A DNA stretch of 64,000 nt from positions 368 to 64,367 of the forward strand of contig JAQUKX010000005.1 in the NCBI GenBank assembly GCA_028718865.1, read 5' to 3'. This DNA is from Patescibacteria group bacterium. GTDB taxonomy: Bacteria > Patescibacteriota > Patescibacteriia > UBA1558 > GWA2-36-10. Shown in pieces: positions 1-9,681 of the stretch (position 1 is the stretch's first letter; each line of letters starts with the position of its first letter). A program made the position numbers and the translations under genes. The notes beneath the pieces are model-generated. The model made no database searches, had not been told where the DNA came from, and saw nothing but the letters and a program-made list of their open reading frames with translations.

Positions 1-432
1 TTCATAAACTATCAGACCATCAGCGCCAGCCCTTTGAATCAAGAATCAGCCCAAACCACCCTCCGGCAAAAAATTACTGCCCATGGCTTGATTTTTGACC
101 AATCGGATTTGGTAAAAGCCAGTCAAGAAAAATTCCAAAACCAGCTGCAAGGCAATGAAGCTCTTTTGGATTTTGACGATAAAAACATCACTTATCGCGT
201 GCTGGAAATGAACAGTGAAAAAGGCGAAGTAATTTTGGAAGTAGCTGTTAGCGGCTTTATCAGCTCCCAGGCCGGCCACATTGCTGTTGACAAAGAAAAA
301 ATCATTGGCCTAAGCCAAGAGGAAATCGCCGCCTATCTCAATTCCGTAGGCATAGATCGCTTCCAAATTTATTTTTTCCCCCGCTGGCTCAAAACCGCTC
401 CCAAATTTACCGATCACATCATCATCAAATAA
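1..432 (+). CDS. Hypothetical protein, C-terminal part (gene begins before the window)
   Basis: The frame of ORF 34..432 stays open back to base 1; no motif recognised with confidence. Confidence 0.6.
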   Translation, partial: FINYQTISASPLNQESAQTTLRQKITAHGLIFDQSDLVKASQEKFQNQLQGNEALLDFDDKNITYRVLEMNSEKGEVILEVAVSGFISSQAGHIAVDKEKIIGLSQEEIAAYLNSVGIDRFQIYFFPRWLKTAPKFTDHIIIK

Positions 433-434
433 TT

Positions 435-462
435 TTGACTTTTTCCTTAAAATATATATAAT
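435..462 (+). promoter_or_regulatory. sigma70-type promoter for the thrS leader
   Basis: TTGACT (435-440), 16-nt spacer, TATAAT (457-462) upstream of the T-box. Confidence 0.5.
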
Positions 463-469
463 ATAAATA

Positions 470-650
470 ATCAGACGATTGAAATAGCTACCAACTATTT
501 TTTCTGGCCCAAAAGCCAAGAAACCCTATTTTGGGGCTAAGTCTAAAAAATGAAGTGCTCTCCTTCGCCAAGGCTAGGGAGGGAACTTGGGTGGAACCAT
601 CCCAAAATTTTTGGGATCCCAAGACAAGTATGTCTTGGGTTATTTTATTT
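470..650 (+). promoter_or_regulatory. T-box riboswitch (Thr) with intrinsic terminator
   Basis: T-box motif AACTTGGGTGGAACC (584-598); candidate specifier GAA-ACC (ACC=Thr, 523-525); hairpin CCCAAGACA...TGTCTTGGG plus T-rich tail directly upstream of thrS. Confidence 0.78.
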
Positions 651-672
651 TCATCAATAAAACAATAAAAAT

Positions 673-2427
673 ATGAACAAAGAAGAGAAATTGCATTGCC
701 AGCGCCATTCTCTATCGCACATCATGGCCACAGCTGTGCTAAAAAAATTCCCCAAAGCTAAATTGGGCATAGGTCCGGTAATAGACAATGGCTTTTATTA
801 TGATTTCCTTTTGCCGGAAAAAATATCCGACAGCGACTTGCCGGCCATAGAAAAAGAAATGCGAAAAATCATCAGCCAAAACATCAAATTTGAAAAAGAA
901 ATAGTCAGCCGCCAGGAAGCCCTCCAGCGGGAAAAAAATAATCTTTTCAAGGTGGAACTGATAAACGACCTGCCCAAAAACGAGGAAATCAGCTTTTACA
1001 AATCCGGTGATTTTGCCGATCTCTGCTCTGGTCCTCATGTCAAAAATAGCAAAGAAATAAACCCCAAAAGTTTCAAGCTCACTCATATTGCCGGCGCTTA
1101 TTGGCGGGGCGATGAAAAAAACCAAATGCTCACCCGCATTTACGGCCTGGCTTTTGACAGCCAAAAAGAACTGGAGACTTATTTGAAAATGCTGGAAGAA
1201 GCCCGAACAAGAGATCATCGTAAGCTGGGCAAAGAATTGGATTTATTTACTTTTTCCGAACTGGTCGGCTCTGGCATGCCACTCTATACTCCCAAAGGAG
1301 CAATAATCCGAAAAGAAATAATCAATTTCTCCAATCAACTGCAAAAAGCCATCGGCTTTCGTGAAGTGCATACTCCTCAGATAAACAAAGCTGAATTATT
1401 TCATGTCTCTGGGCATTATGAAAAATTCAAAGATGACATGATATCAGCTTCCTCTCATTACAGCCAAGATGAATTTTTCCTCAAGCCCATGAATTGCCCC
1501 CAGCATACCCAAATATACGCTTCTCAAAAAAGAAGCTATCGCGATCTGCCTATCAGATATTCTGATTTTGCCAATTTATTTCGAGATGAAAAGCCGGGCG
1601 AATTATCCGGCCTGACCAGATTGAGGTGCTTTTCCCAAGACGACGGCCATAGCTTCTGCCGTGAAGACCAAATTGAATCGGAATTCAAAAATATCTTGAG
1701 CGCAATAAATCAGGCGCTTGAAATATATGACATGAAATACTTCATCCGCTTATCTCTATGGGATCCAGAGCAAAAAGAAAAATATCTAGGCGATGAAAAA
1801 AACTGGGAAAAATCCCAAAAACTTCTGGAAAAGTTACTGAAAGAAAACCGGATAAATTACCAAGTAGCAATCGGCGAAGCGGCTTTTTATGGGCCGAAAA
1901 TGGATATAGTAGTCAAAGACGCTATTGGCCGAGACTGGCAGGTCTCTACCATCCAGCTTGATTTCAACATGCCAAAAAGATTCAAGTTAAGCTATACCGA
2001 CAAAGACAGTCAAGAAAAAACTCCCATAATGATACACCGCGCCATAGTCGGATCACCGGAAAGATTTATGGGCATATTGATAGAACACTACGGCGGTAAT
2101 TTCCCGCTATGGCTGGCTCCAGTCCAAGTCAAAATCCTCACTGTCGGCCAAAATCATATTGATTTTGCCCAAAAACTAGCGGAACAATTTATCAGCCAAG
2201 AAATCCGGGTGGAAATCGATGATAGCGATGAAACTGTCGGCAATAAAATCCGAAAAAGCGCCAAGGAAAAAATCCCCTACACATTGGTAATCGGCGACAA
2301 GGAAATGGGCTCTGATAAATTAGCCGTTCGGGTTCGTGGCCAAAAAGAGCTACTCAGTATTGATAGTCAAGAGTTTATCACCAAATTAAAATCCGCCATA
2401 AAAAACCGAAACTCAGAGCTTTTATAA
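673..2427 (+). CDS. thrS: Threonine--tRNA ligase
   Basis: RHSLSH, DLCSGPHV, RDHRKLG, LKPMNCPQH, FRDEKPGELSGLTRLRCF and IHRAIVGSPERF motifs. Confidence 0.98.
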   Translation: MNKEEKLHCQRHSLSHIMATAVLKKFPKAKLGIGPVIDNGFYYDFLLPEKISDSDLPAIEKEMRKIISQNIKFEKEIVSRQEALQREKNNLFKVELINDLPKNEEISFYKSGDFADLCSGPHVKNSKEINPKSFKLTHIAGAYWRGDEKNQMLTRIYGLAFDSQKELETYLKMLEEARTRDHRKLGKELDLFTFSELVGSGMPLYTPKGAIIRKEIINFSNQLQKAIGFREVHTPQINKAELFHVSGHYEKFKDDMISASSHYSQDEFFLKPMNCPQHTQIYASQKRSYRDLPIRYSDFANLFRDEKPGELSGLTRLRCFSQDDGHSFCREDQIESEFKNILSAINQALEIYDMKYFIRLSLWDPEQKEKYLGDEKNWEKSQKLLEKLLKENRINYQVAIGEAAFYGPKMDIVVKDAIGRDWQVSTIQLDFNMPKRFKLSYTDKDSQEKTPIMIHRAIVGSPERFMGILIEHYGGNFPLWLAPVQVKILTVGQNHIDFAQKLAEQFISQEIRVEIDDSDETVGNKIRKSAKEKIPYTLVIGDKEMGSDKLAVRVRGQKELLSIDSQEFITKLKSAIKNRNSELL

Positions 2428-2476
2428 ATAACTGCTTTGATGCTATAATAAAAAAACTAAAAATTAAGGAAGAAAT

Positions 2477-3706
2477 ATGAATAAATTAAAGCTATTTTTA
2501 CCCTTAATGTTTTTTGCTTTGGCAATAATTGTTGCGCCACTTTTCTCTCAAGCCCAGGAAAACAGGGCTCTTGATATCATGCTTTTGGAATTTGAAAATG
2601 ACAAATTAAAAGCCGCCGACTTGGGCATAGAAGAGCCAAGAGTCCTGCCCGGTGATAGGTCTTATTGGTGGCAAATTTTTAAAGAAAATACCAGCTTGTT
2701 TTTCACTTTTAATCAGGAAAAAAAACTGGAAAAACTAGAAGAAATGAGTAGCCGCCGTTTGATAGAAGCGCAAAAGTTAGCGGAAAAAGGCACTTTAAAT
2801 GCCGCCCAAAATGTAGAGCTAGCGCTTAAGCGCTACCAAGAGCAAAGACAAAAAATGTACCAAAAATTCCAGGAGCGAGAAGACCTAAGGGGAAAAATGC
2901 TGGAAAATTTTGATGCTCAAGAATTGCGCCACAAAGAAATACTAAGTGCTGTGATAGAAAGATTAAGAAATCGCTTGCCAGAAAAACAAATAGAAGATTT
3001 TGAAAAAATAAACAAAGAAAATACTCTCAACTGGTATAATACTGATCCTGCTCAGATTCGCCAAAGATTAGAAAAATCCTTGGAACAAAACAGCCAAGGC
3101 AGTCAATTCAGGCAACTAAAAAATCTTCAACTCTTGGAAGAATTGGAAGAGACTTTGCCTGGACAAAATAAAGCTGATTTGGACAGCGCCAAAAGAAAAA
3201 TAGAGCAAAAAATGGCCGACAAACTACGCAATCTTTCTAACGAAGAAGAAATCAAATTGGAAAAATACATTGAAAACATCCCTGCCTCTGAACTAAGAAA
3301 ACAGCAAATGCTGGAAAATATTCAAGCCAGCGAAATAATCCCCGCCGCTGTTCGCCAAAAAATGGCCGAGGTCAGTCAAAATTATGCTCAAAGAATCAGG
3401 CAAGAATTTGCCCAAATGAGCGAAGAAGAAAAAACCAGATTTCTTGAGCAAATAAAAGACAAGGCTCATCCGGTTTATCTGCAATTTTTGGAAAATAGTG
3501 ACATTCCTCCGGCTTTGAGTGAATATGCCCAAGAGCTAAGAGAAAGACAGGAGCTGCAAATCAGGGAAAAAATCCAGCAAACCCAAGACCCCGTCAAACT
3601 ACGAGCTTTAGAAAACAGCCTGGAAAATTATCCGGCTTTAAGAAGGCAAATTCAAGAACAAAGACAACAGCTTGCGCCGACCAGTCCCAGCGTCAGAAAC
3701 CAATAA
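2477..3706 (+). CDS. Secreted helical/coiled-coil protein (DUF5667-like N-terminal domain)
   Basis: Signal-peptide-like N-terminus; LPGDxxYxxxxxKE motif; E/Q/K-rich helical body. Confidence 0.6.
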   Translation: MNKLKLFLPLMFFALAIIVAPLFSQAQENRALDIMLLEFENDKLKAADLGIEEPRVLPGDRSYWWQIFKENTSLFFTFNQEKKLEKLEEMSSRRLIEAQKLAEKGTLNAAQNVELALKRYQEQRQKMYQKFQEREDLRGKMLENFDAQELRHKEILSAVIERLRNRLPEKQIEDFEKINKENTLNWYNTDPAQIRQRLEKSLEQNSQGSQFRQLKNLQLLEELEETLPGQNKADLDSAKRKIEQKMADKLRNLSNEEEIKLEKYIENIPASELRKQQMLENIQASEIIPAAVRQKMAEVSQNYAQRIRQEFAQMSEEEKTRFLEQIKDKAHPVYLQFLENSDIPPALSEYAQELRERQELQIREKIQQTQDPVKLRALENSLENYPALRRQIQEQRQQLAPTSPSVRNQ

Positions 3707-3723
3707 ATTTATTTAGAAAAATC

Positions 3724-3756
3724 AAATCAGCCCGGCGTATGCTGGGTTGATTTTTT
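3724..3756 (+). terminator. Intrinsic terminator
   Basis: AATCAGCCCGGC-GTAT-GCTGGGTTGATTTTTT hairpin after the stop codon. Confidence 0.75.
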
Positions 3757-3784
3757 ATACTGAAATATATACAATTGATCTGCT

Positions 3785-5815
3785 ATGAAAAATCGTCAAA
3801 AAAAATTCCATTTGATTATATTCGGTTGTCAGATGAATCAATCTGACGCTGAAAGACTGGCTACGGTTTTAAAAAGCCTCGGCTATAGAGAAACCAACAA
3901 AGAAAATGAAGCTGATCTGATAGCAATAGTGGCTTGTTCAGTTCGCCAAGCTTCCGTTGATAGGCTATACGGGCAGTTGCGTAATTGGCAACTAGTCAAA
4001 GAAAAAAGACCATTAATTACCCTCTTGGCTGGCTGTGTTCTGGAGCGCGACCAAAAAAAACTCAAAGACAAATTTGATATTTTTATTGATATTAAAAATC
4101 TCCATAAGCTAGCTGATCAATTAAGTCGCCTAGCTCCCGAACAAAAAATAGCTCTGCCTGATTTTTTTGACATTTCCCCCAGCTATCAATCCAACTACCG
4201 AGCTTATGTGCCAATTATGACTGGTTGCAACAAATTTTGCTCTTATTGCGCTGTGCCCTACACTCGTGGCCGAGAAACTTCCCGTCCGTCTCAGGCAATA
4301 ATTGCCGAAGTCAAAAATCTCCTTGAAAAAGGTTATAAAGAAATAATACTACTAGGCCAAAACGTCAACAGCTACGGCAAAGACTTGGTCAAAAAAGGCA
4401 AAAAAGAGCTGACTTTCCCTGAGTTGCTTTTGCAAATAGACTCATTGACTGATCATTTCTGGCTCAAGTTTTTGACCAGCCATCCCTATGATATGAGCGA
4501 TGAGCTAATTGAGACTATGGCCAAAGGCAAAAACTTGAACCACTATCTTCATTTGCCTGTCCAAAGCGGCTCAAACAAAATCCTCAAAAAAATGAATAGG
4601 CATTACAGTGTTTCTCAATATACAAAACTGATCAAAAAAATCCGCCACCAAATGCCCGAGATTGCCCTTTCCACTGACATTATAGTTGGCTTTTGCTCGG
4701 AAAAAGAAAAAGATTTTCAAGCCACCATCAATCTAGCCAAGAATATAAAATTCAATCTAGCTTATATTGGCCAGTATTCTGCCCGCGCTGGTACAGTAGC
4801 TCAGCGTCTTTATCAAGACGATGTGCCCAAAAAAATCAAAAGCGCTCGCTGGCAAAAACTGAACAAAATAATTGAACAGCAATCTTTGGCTTTTAATAAA
4901 AGCTTAATTGGCCAAACAAAAGAAGTGCTGATAGATAAAAGCCAAAAACAAAACGGCCACTATATCAATTTTGGCCGTTTGGCTAATTATGTTTCTGTAG
5001 CAATCAAAACTCAAAAACCTTTGTCTGTCGGCCAATTTTATCAGGTAAAAATAAAAAGCGCTTTAGCTTGGGGATTAAATGCTGAACTTTATCAAAAACC
5101 CAAAATTGTCGTAGTCTTAGGACCAACGGCCAGTGGCAAATCTGCTCTGGCAGTCAAAATTGCCAAAGATTTTTCTGGGGAAATAATCTCCGCTGATAGC
5201 CGGCAAATTTATAAAGGCCTCAATATTGCCAGCAACAAAATCAGCCAAAGAGAAATGTCTGGCATCCCTCATTATCTCTTAGATATAGTTTATCCTAATC
5301 AAGAATACAATCTCTACAATTGGCAACAAGACACTTTCCAGGTAATAGAAAAAATATTAGCCAAGGGCAAACTACCTATAATTGCCGGTGGTACTGGCCT
5401 CTATATTTCCTCTATTTTACAAAATTATGATTTAGATCCTCAAAATCCGCGTCAACAAACTTGCCCTTATGATTTTGTAGTTTTTGGTATTTCTCCTGAA
5501 AGAAATCAGCTCTATGAAAAAATAAATAAGCGAGTAGAAAAAATGATAGCTGACGGCTCTATAGAAGAAACAAAAAAAATTTATAAAAAATACAAAAATA
5601 AAAAACTGCCGGCTTTAAGTGGTATTGGCTATAAAGAAATTATCCAATATTTAGATGGAAAAATCAGTTTAGAAAACGCTATAGCCAAAATCCAACAAAA
5701 CACTCGCCATTATGCCAAAAGGCAAATGACCTGGTTCCGCAAAATGGAAAAAGAAGGCCTAAAAATATACTGGAATCTCAAATACAGCCAAATTAAAAAA
5801 GAATTAAAAAAATAA
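3785..5815 (+). CDS. miaB: Fused tRNA ms2i6A37 methylthiotransferase MiaB and tRNA dimethylallyltransferase MiaA
   Basis: N-terminal FGCQMN, radical-SAM CNKFCSYC, TDIIVGF and TRAM region; C-terminal GPTASGKS, ISADSRQIY, GGTGLY and TRHYAKRQMTWF (MiaA), all in one frame. Confidence 0.92.
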   Translation: MKNRQKKFHLIIFGCQMNQSDAERLATVLKSLGYRETNKENEADLIAIVACSVRQASVDRLYGQLRNWQLVKEKRPLITLLAGCVLERDQKKLKDKFDIFIDIKNLHKLADQLSRLAPEQKIALPDFFDISPSYQSNYRAYVPIMTGCNKFCSYCAVPYTRGRETSRPSQAIIAEVKNLLEKGYKEIILLGQNVNSYGKDLVKKGKKELTFPELLLQIDSLTDHFWLKFLTSHPYDMSDELIETMAKGKNLNHYLHLPVQSGSNKILKKMNRHYSVSQYTKLIKKIRHQMPEIALSTDIIVGFCSEKEKDFQATINLAKNIKFNLAYIGQYSARAGTVAQRLYQDDVPKKIKSARWQKLNKIIEQQSLAFNKSLIGQTKEVLIDKSQKQNGHYINFGRLANYVSVAIKTQKPLSVGQFYQVKIKSALAWGLNAELYQKPKIVVVLGPTASGKSALAVKIAKDFSGEIISADSRQIYKGLNIASNKISQREMSGIPHYLLDIVYPNQEYNLYNWQQDTFQVIEKILAKGKLPIIAGGTGLYISSILQNYDLDPQNPRQQTCPYDFVVFGISPERNQLYEKINKRVEKMIADGSIEETKKIYKKYKNKKLPALSGIGYKEIIQYLDGKISLENAIAKIQQNTRHYAKRQMTWFRKMEKEGLKIYWNLKYSQIKKELKK

Positions 5816-5829
5816 GCGTTTATAAACGC

Positions 5830-7344
5830 TTATTTTAACTTTTTCTTTAATATTTCTTCAATTTTCTTCGGATTGGCCTTGCCTTTTGATTCTTTCATTA
5901 CCTGTCCGACCAAAAACTGCAAAACAGCTGTCTTACCCTGACGATATTGCTCAGCCTGATCAGGAAAAAGCACCAATACTCTCATTACAATACCTTCTAA
6001 AGTAGTATCATCCTCAATTTGCGCCAAATCCAAACGCTCGGCAACCCGACTAGGATCATCATCAGTGCCCTGAAACATTTCTTTGAGAATAATTTGTCCA
6101 GCTGAGCTGTTTATTTTTTTCTCATAAACTAAATATACTAGCTCCGCCATATTCTCGGCACTAATTTTTAATTTTTCCATTTTAAAATGGGCTCCCAAAA
6201 GTGAAAAAAGCTCGCTACTAATCCAATTATAAGCCAGTTTAGCTAATTTTTTCTTATGCTCTTGCCACAGCTTGGCGGCCTGATCACTTTCTGGATAAGC
6301 GCCTTTGGCCTTAAAAAGCCAAGCCCGCAAGTCAGACATTACTCCCTCATAATAATTAGCCCAGTCCTTTTGCCTGATAAGCACCCAAGCGTCTTTGGCA
6401 CTTAAGCCGTATTCTCTGATAAACCTTTCTTTTTTGACCAGGGGTAATTCGCCTAGTTGATTTTTGGTTCTTTGCAAAAACTCGTCCGAGATTAACAAGG
6501 GCGGTAAATCCGGCTCGGGAAAATAACGGTAGTCACTTGAACCTTCTTTGCTTCTTTGGGCAACTGTCTGCTTTTTATCTTCATCCCAACCCCGAGTCTC
6601 GGTTTTTTTGGGAGCTTTTTTCTCCTGCCAAAGCTTGGTCTGCCTTTTTTCTTCAAACTCCAAAGCTCTTTGCACTGCCTTAAAAGAATTAAGATTTTTT
6701 ATCTCTGTTTTAGGATAAAGCTTGGTGTCGCTTAGTGGCCGAAGAGAAATATTGGCATCGCATCTTAGCTGGCCTTTTTCCATATCAGCATCTGACACTC
6801 CCAAATATCTAGCTGTTAATCGGAGTTGTTCCAAAAAAAGACGAGCATCCTCAGGACGACGAATGTCAGGCTTAGTAACTATCTCCGCTAAAGGCACTCC
6901 CCCGCGATTGAAATCTACAAAAGTTTCTTCTTTCTCATGAATATTTTTAGCCGCATCTTCTTCCAAATGCAGACGTTCTATACCCAAGCTCCAATTGTCG
7001 CCATTTTCTCTTTCTATCACAAAAAATCCTTCATCAGCCAATGGTTCATCAAATTGAGAAATCTGATAACCTTTAGGCAAATCCGGATAAAAATAATTTT
7101 TGCGGTCAAATTTTGATTTTTTTCTAATCTGACAATTTAAAGCCAAAGCCATCATCAATCCCATTTTGACTGCTTCTTTATTTAGAGCTGGTAAAGTGCC
7201 GGGATGACCTAGGCAAATTGGGCAGACCAAAGTATTGGGCGCTTGATTTTGAGCATCATTGGCGCAAGCACAAAACATCTTGCTTTTGGTTTTGAGTTGC
7301 AAGTGAATTTCTAATCCAATAATTGTCTCAAATTTATTTGGCAT
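5830..7344 (-). CDS. gatB: Asp/Glu-tRNA amidotransferase subunit B
   Basis: IGLEIHLQL, FDRKNYFYPDLPKGYQISQ, DYRYFPEPDLPP. Confidence 0.98.
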   Translation of the reverse strand: MPNKFETIIGLEIHLQLKTKSKMFCACANDAQNQAPNTLVCPICLGHPGTLPALNKEAVKMGLMMALALNCQIRKKSKFDRKNYFYPDLPKGYQISQFDEPLADEGFFVIERENGDNWSLGIERLHLEEDAAKNIHEKEETFVDFNRGGVPLAEIVTKPDIRRPEDARLFLEQLRLTARYLGVSDADMEKGQLRCDANISLRPLSDTKLYPKTEIKNLNSFKAVQRALEFEEKRQTKLWQEKKAPKKTETRGWDEDKKQTVAQRSKEGSSDYRYFPEPDLPPLLISDEFLQRTKNQLGELPLVKKERFIREYGLSAKDAWVLIRQKDWANYYEGVMSDLRAWLFKAKGAYPESDQAAKLWQEHKKKLAKLAYNWISSELFSLLGAHFKMEKLKISAENMAELVYLVYEKKINSSAGQIILKEMFQGTDDDPSRVAERLDLAQIEDDTTLEGIVMRVLVLFPDQAEQYRQGKTAVLQFLVGQVMKESKGKANPKKIEEILKKKLK

Positions 7345-7379
7345 ATTATCTTAAAACTATGATTATAAGTCCTAAATTA

Positions 7380-8003
7380 TTAACTACCAGCTATCTTATT
7401 CACTTCTTCTTTTATCTGCTCAAAAATATCCTCAATACTGCCGATAGCTGACATTTTCACCCAATTTTTATTTTCTTCTGCCTGCTCTAAATAACCAGCT
7501 CTCACTGCTTGGTGGAATTCTTTTCTTTCATTATCTAGTCTATCATGTTTTTCACCTCTTAGTCTATCAGCTGCTTCTTCTGGAGAAATGTCCAAATAAA
7601 TCACCAAGTCCGGCTCCAAATCCTGCTTGGCCCAATTATTTATGTTTTTTATTTCTGCCAAATCCAATTGACGGGCTGCTCCCTGGTAAGCAAAAGTAGA
7701 GCCATCAAAACGATCACACAAAACTATCTTACCCTGCTCTAAAGCCGGACTAACTACCTCCGCTACATGCTGAGCTCGGGCAGCCAAAAAAAGCAGCAGT
7801 TCAGTGCGAGCTTCCATTTCCTTGTGGCTTTTATCCAAAATAATTTCCCGGATCTTTTCCGCAATCACTGATCCTGTGCCTCCTGGCTCTCGGGTCAAAA
7901 GCACGCTTTTACCTTGTTTTTGCAAATAATCAGCCAAAAGCTTTATTTGCGTACTTTTACCCGATTTTTCTCCCCCTTCAAAAACTATAAATTTACCTAC
8001 CAT
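7380..8003 (-). CDS. tmk: Thymidylate kinase
   Basis: FEGGEKSGKSTQ, TREPGG, DRFxxSTxAYQG. Confidence 0.96.
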   Translation of the reverse strand: MVGKFIVFEGGEKSGKSTQIKLLADYLQKQGKSVLLTREPGGTGSVIAEKIREIILDKSHKEMEARTELLLFLAARAQHVAEVVSPALEQGKIVLCDRFDGSTFAYQGAARQLDLAEIKNINNWAKQDLEPDLVIYLDISPEEAADRLRGEKHDRLDNERKEFHQAVRAGYLEQAEENKNWVKMSAIGSIEDIFEQIKEEVNKIAGS

Positions 8004-8052
8004 CTTTTTATTTATTTTATCATTGTTTTATAAGTAAAAATTTTTGACCAAT

Positions 8053-8093
8053 GATCCTGAGCGATCCTGAGCTTGCGAGGGAGAGTCAAGGGG
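8053..8093. repeat. Degenerate REP-like element (CCTGAGCTTGTCGAAGG family), nested/tandem
   Basis: GATCCTGAGC twice in tandem, then TTGCGAGGGAGAGTCAAGGGG; related to the reverse complement of 46858-46877. Confidence 0.5.
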
Positions 8094-8131
8094 TAAAGAC
8101 TATAAATTTTTCTGGCATATTTTACTTAATT

Positions 8132-8204
8132 TCGCTAATTTACTTACCCTGGACGCGACTTCTGCGCTAGCAGCTTAGAGCGGACAGGGTAAGTAAATTA
8201 GCGA
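8132..8204. repeat. Perfect 20-bp inverted repeat with 33-nt loop
   Basis: TCGCTAATTTACTTACCCTG (8132-8151) / CAGGGTAAGTAAATTAGCGA (8185-8204). Confidence 0.9.
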
Positions 8205-8211
8205 TTATATT

Positions 8212-8634
8212 TTAATATCCACTGGAAGCAAAACGATTTTCTCCCCTATTTGTCTCATCTAACTCCTCTGCTTCCTCTATTTCTACATCTTCGTGTCTGG
8301 CAATTATCATCTGGCAAATTCGGTCGCCTTTTTTTATATTATAAATTTCTTTCCCCAAATTAATTATAATTATTTGCACTTCACCACGATAATTGGAATC
8401 AAACACTCCGCCCATAGTATGCAAACTGTGCTTGGCAGCCAAACCGCTACGGTCTCGGACATTGCCCCAATAACCCCTAGGAATTGCAATAGCCATGCCA
8501 GTTTCAACTATAATAGTCTGCCCAGGGGAAAGCTGATAATCTTTGTAACTATAAAAATCCATAGCCGCATCACCCTCTTTGAGCATCTGGGGCAATTGAG
8601 CGTCTGGATATAATTTTTTGGCTTTAATTTTCAT
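8212..8634 (-). CDS. dut: dUTPase (trimeric type)
   Basis: RSGLAAKH, GVFDSNYRGE, GDRICQ, RGENRFASSG motifs. Confidence 0.95.
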   Translation of the reverse strand: MKIKAKKLYPDAQLPQMLKEGDAAMDFYSYKDYQLSPGQTIIVETGMAIAIPRGYWGNVRDRSGLAAKHSLHTMGGVFDSNYRGEVQIIIINLGKEIYNIKKGDRICQMIIARHEDVEIEEAEELDETNRGENRFASSGY

Positions 8635-9007
8635 CAGGCAAATCTTCTAAATATTTTATTACTTTATCTAAAATCGCATCGCCGGCTTCTATATCTTCCG
8701 GTCTAGTTCTGGGCAATTCTCCAAATTCCTTTGCACCATAATATTTTATAAAATCTTTTACTTCTTTTTTTAAAGCATCTTCCTTGCCATCGGGTAAATG
8801 ATCTTCCATAAAAAAAGACAAGCCCAATATCAAAGACTGAAACCAACCTCCTTTTCTCACTTTGAACACATTATTCTGATGAGTACTATGGATAATTTCC
8901 TCGGGTATTTCATTGCTATAATCATTTTTCAGAGTAAAAAATAAGCGCCTCATCTCTTCTGAGCTTTGAAATTTATCTTTATTTTCTATACCTGGCATTC
9001 TTTCCAT
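8624..9007 (-). CDS. Hypothetical protein
   Basis: 127-aa ORF co-oriented and tightly packed between folA and dut. Confidence 0.7.
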   Translation of the reverse strand: MERMPGIENKDKFQSSEEMRRLFFTLKNDYSNEIPEEIIHSTHQNNVFKVRKGGWFQSLILGLSFFMEDHLPDGKEDALKKEVKDFIKYYGAKEFGELPRTRPEDIEAGDAILDKVIKYLEDLPDEN

Positions 9008-9017
9008 ATTAGTAAAA

Positions 9018-9497
9018 TTATTTGCTTAATTCTAAATATTTAAATTTTATACCCTCATGCTCTTGAACTGGCGACTCTGATATTATGTTTTTAAATTCAC
9101 TATAATCAGGAAAATAAGTATCCGCCGGATAAACTGCATCAATAATAGTCAAATAAAGTTTGTCAGCGTATTTGATGGATTGAGCGTAAATAGAGGCACC
9201 GCCTATAAAAAAAACTTCTTCGTCTCCGCTTTGTTTGGCATATTCAAGCGCCTCTTCTAAAGAATACATTACTTTGGCATCAACTATTTTAAAATCGGGG
9301 TCTTTGGTCAAAACTATATTTTCTCTATTGGGAAGTGCTCTACCCATAGACTGATAAGTGGTTTGACCCATTATCACCATATGGCCACTGGTAATGGCTT
9401 TGAAGTGCTTCAAATCAGGGGGCAAATGCACCAGCAGTTTATTCTGATATCCTATGCCCCTGTCTCGGGCAATAGCAGCTATAAGGCTTACTGTCAT
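9018..9497 (-). CDS. folA: Dihydrofolate reductase
   Basis: DLKHFK, MGQTTYQS, LPNRENIVL, IGGASIY, DTYFP; directly downstream of thyA. Confidence 0.96.
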   Translation of the reverse strand: MTVSLIAAIARDRGIGYQNKLLVHLPPDLKHFKAITSGHMVIMGQTTYQSMGRALPNRENIVLTKDPDFKIVDAKVMYSLEEALEYAKQSGDEEVFFIGGASIYAQSIKYADKLYLTIIDAVYPADTYFPDYSEFKNIISESPVQEHEGIKFKYLELSK

Positions 9498-9511
9498 AAT
9501 TTATATATTGT

Positions 9512-9672
9512 TTATTATTTGTCTTACCTGGAATATTTTTTGTCCTCCCAAGTATATTTTTGTCATCCTTGCTATAATTTTTGTCATTCCTGGCATATCT
9601 TTTTGTCATCCTCGGGCTTGACCCGGGGATCTATCAATATTTAATAGATTCAGAATCAAATCCGAAATGACA
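9512..9672. repeat. Five degenerate ~21-bp tandem units ending in a palindromic (RPE/REP-like) element
   Basis: Units of ATATTTTTGTCATCC-type, then TGTCATCCTCGGGCTTGACCCGGGGATCT...AGATTCAGAATCAAATCCGAAATGACA. Confidence 0.7.
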
Positions 9673-9681
9673 AAACTTTAA

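Noticed and set aside
9512-9672. Possible CRISPR array
   Set aside because: Units are ~21 bp, degenerate and contiguous, with no unique 30-40-nt spacers; no cas genes in the window.
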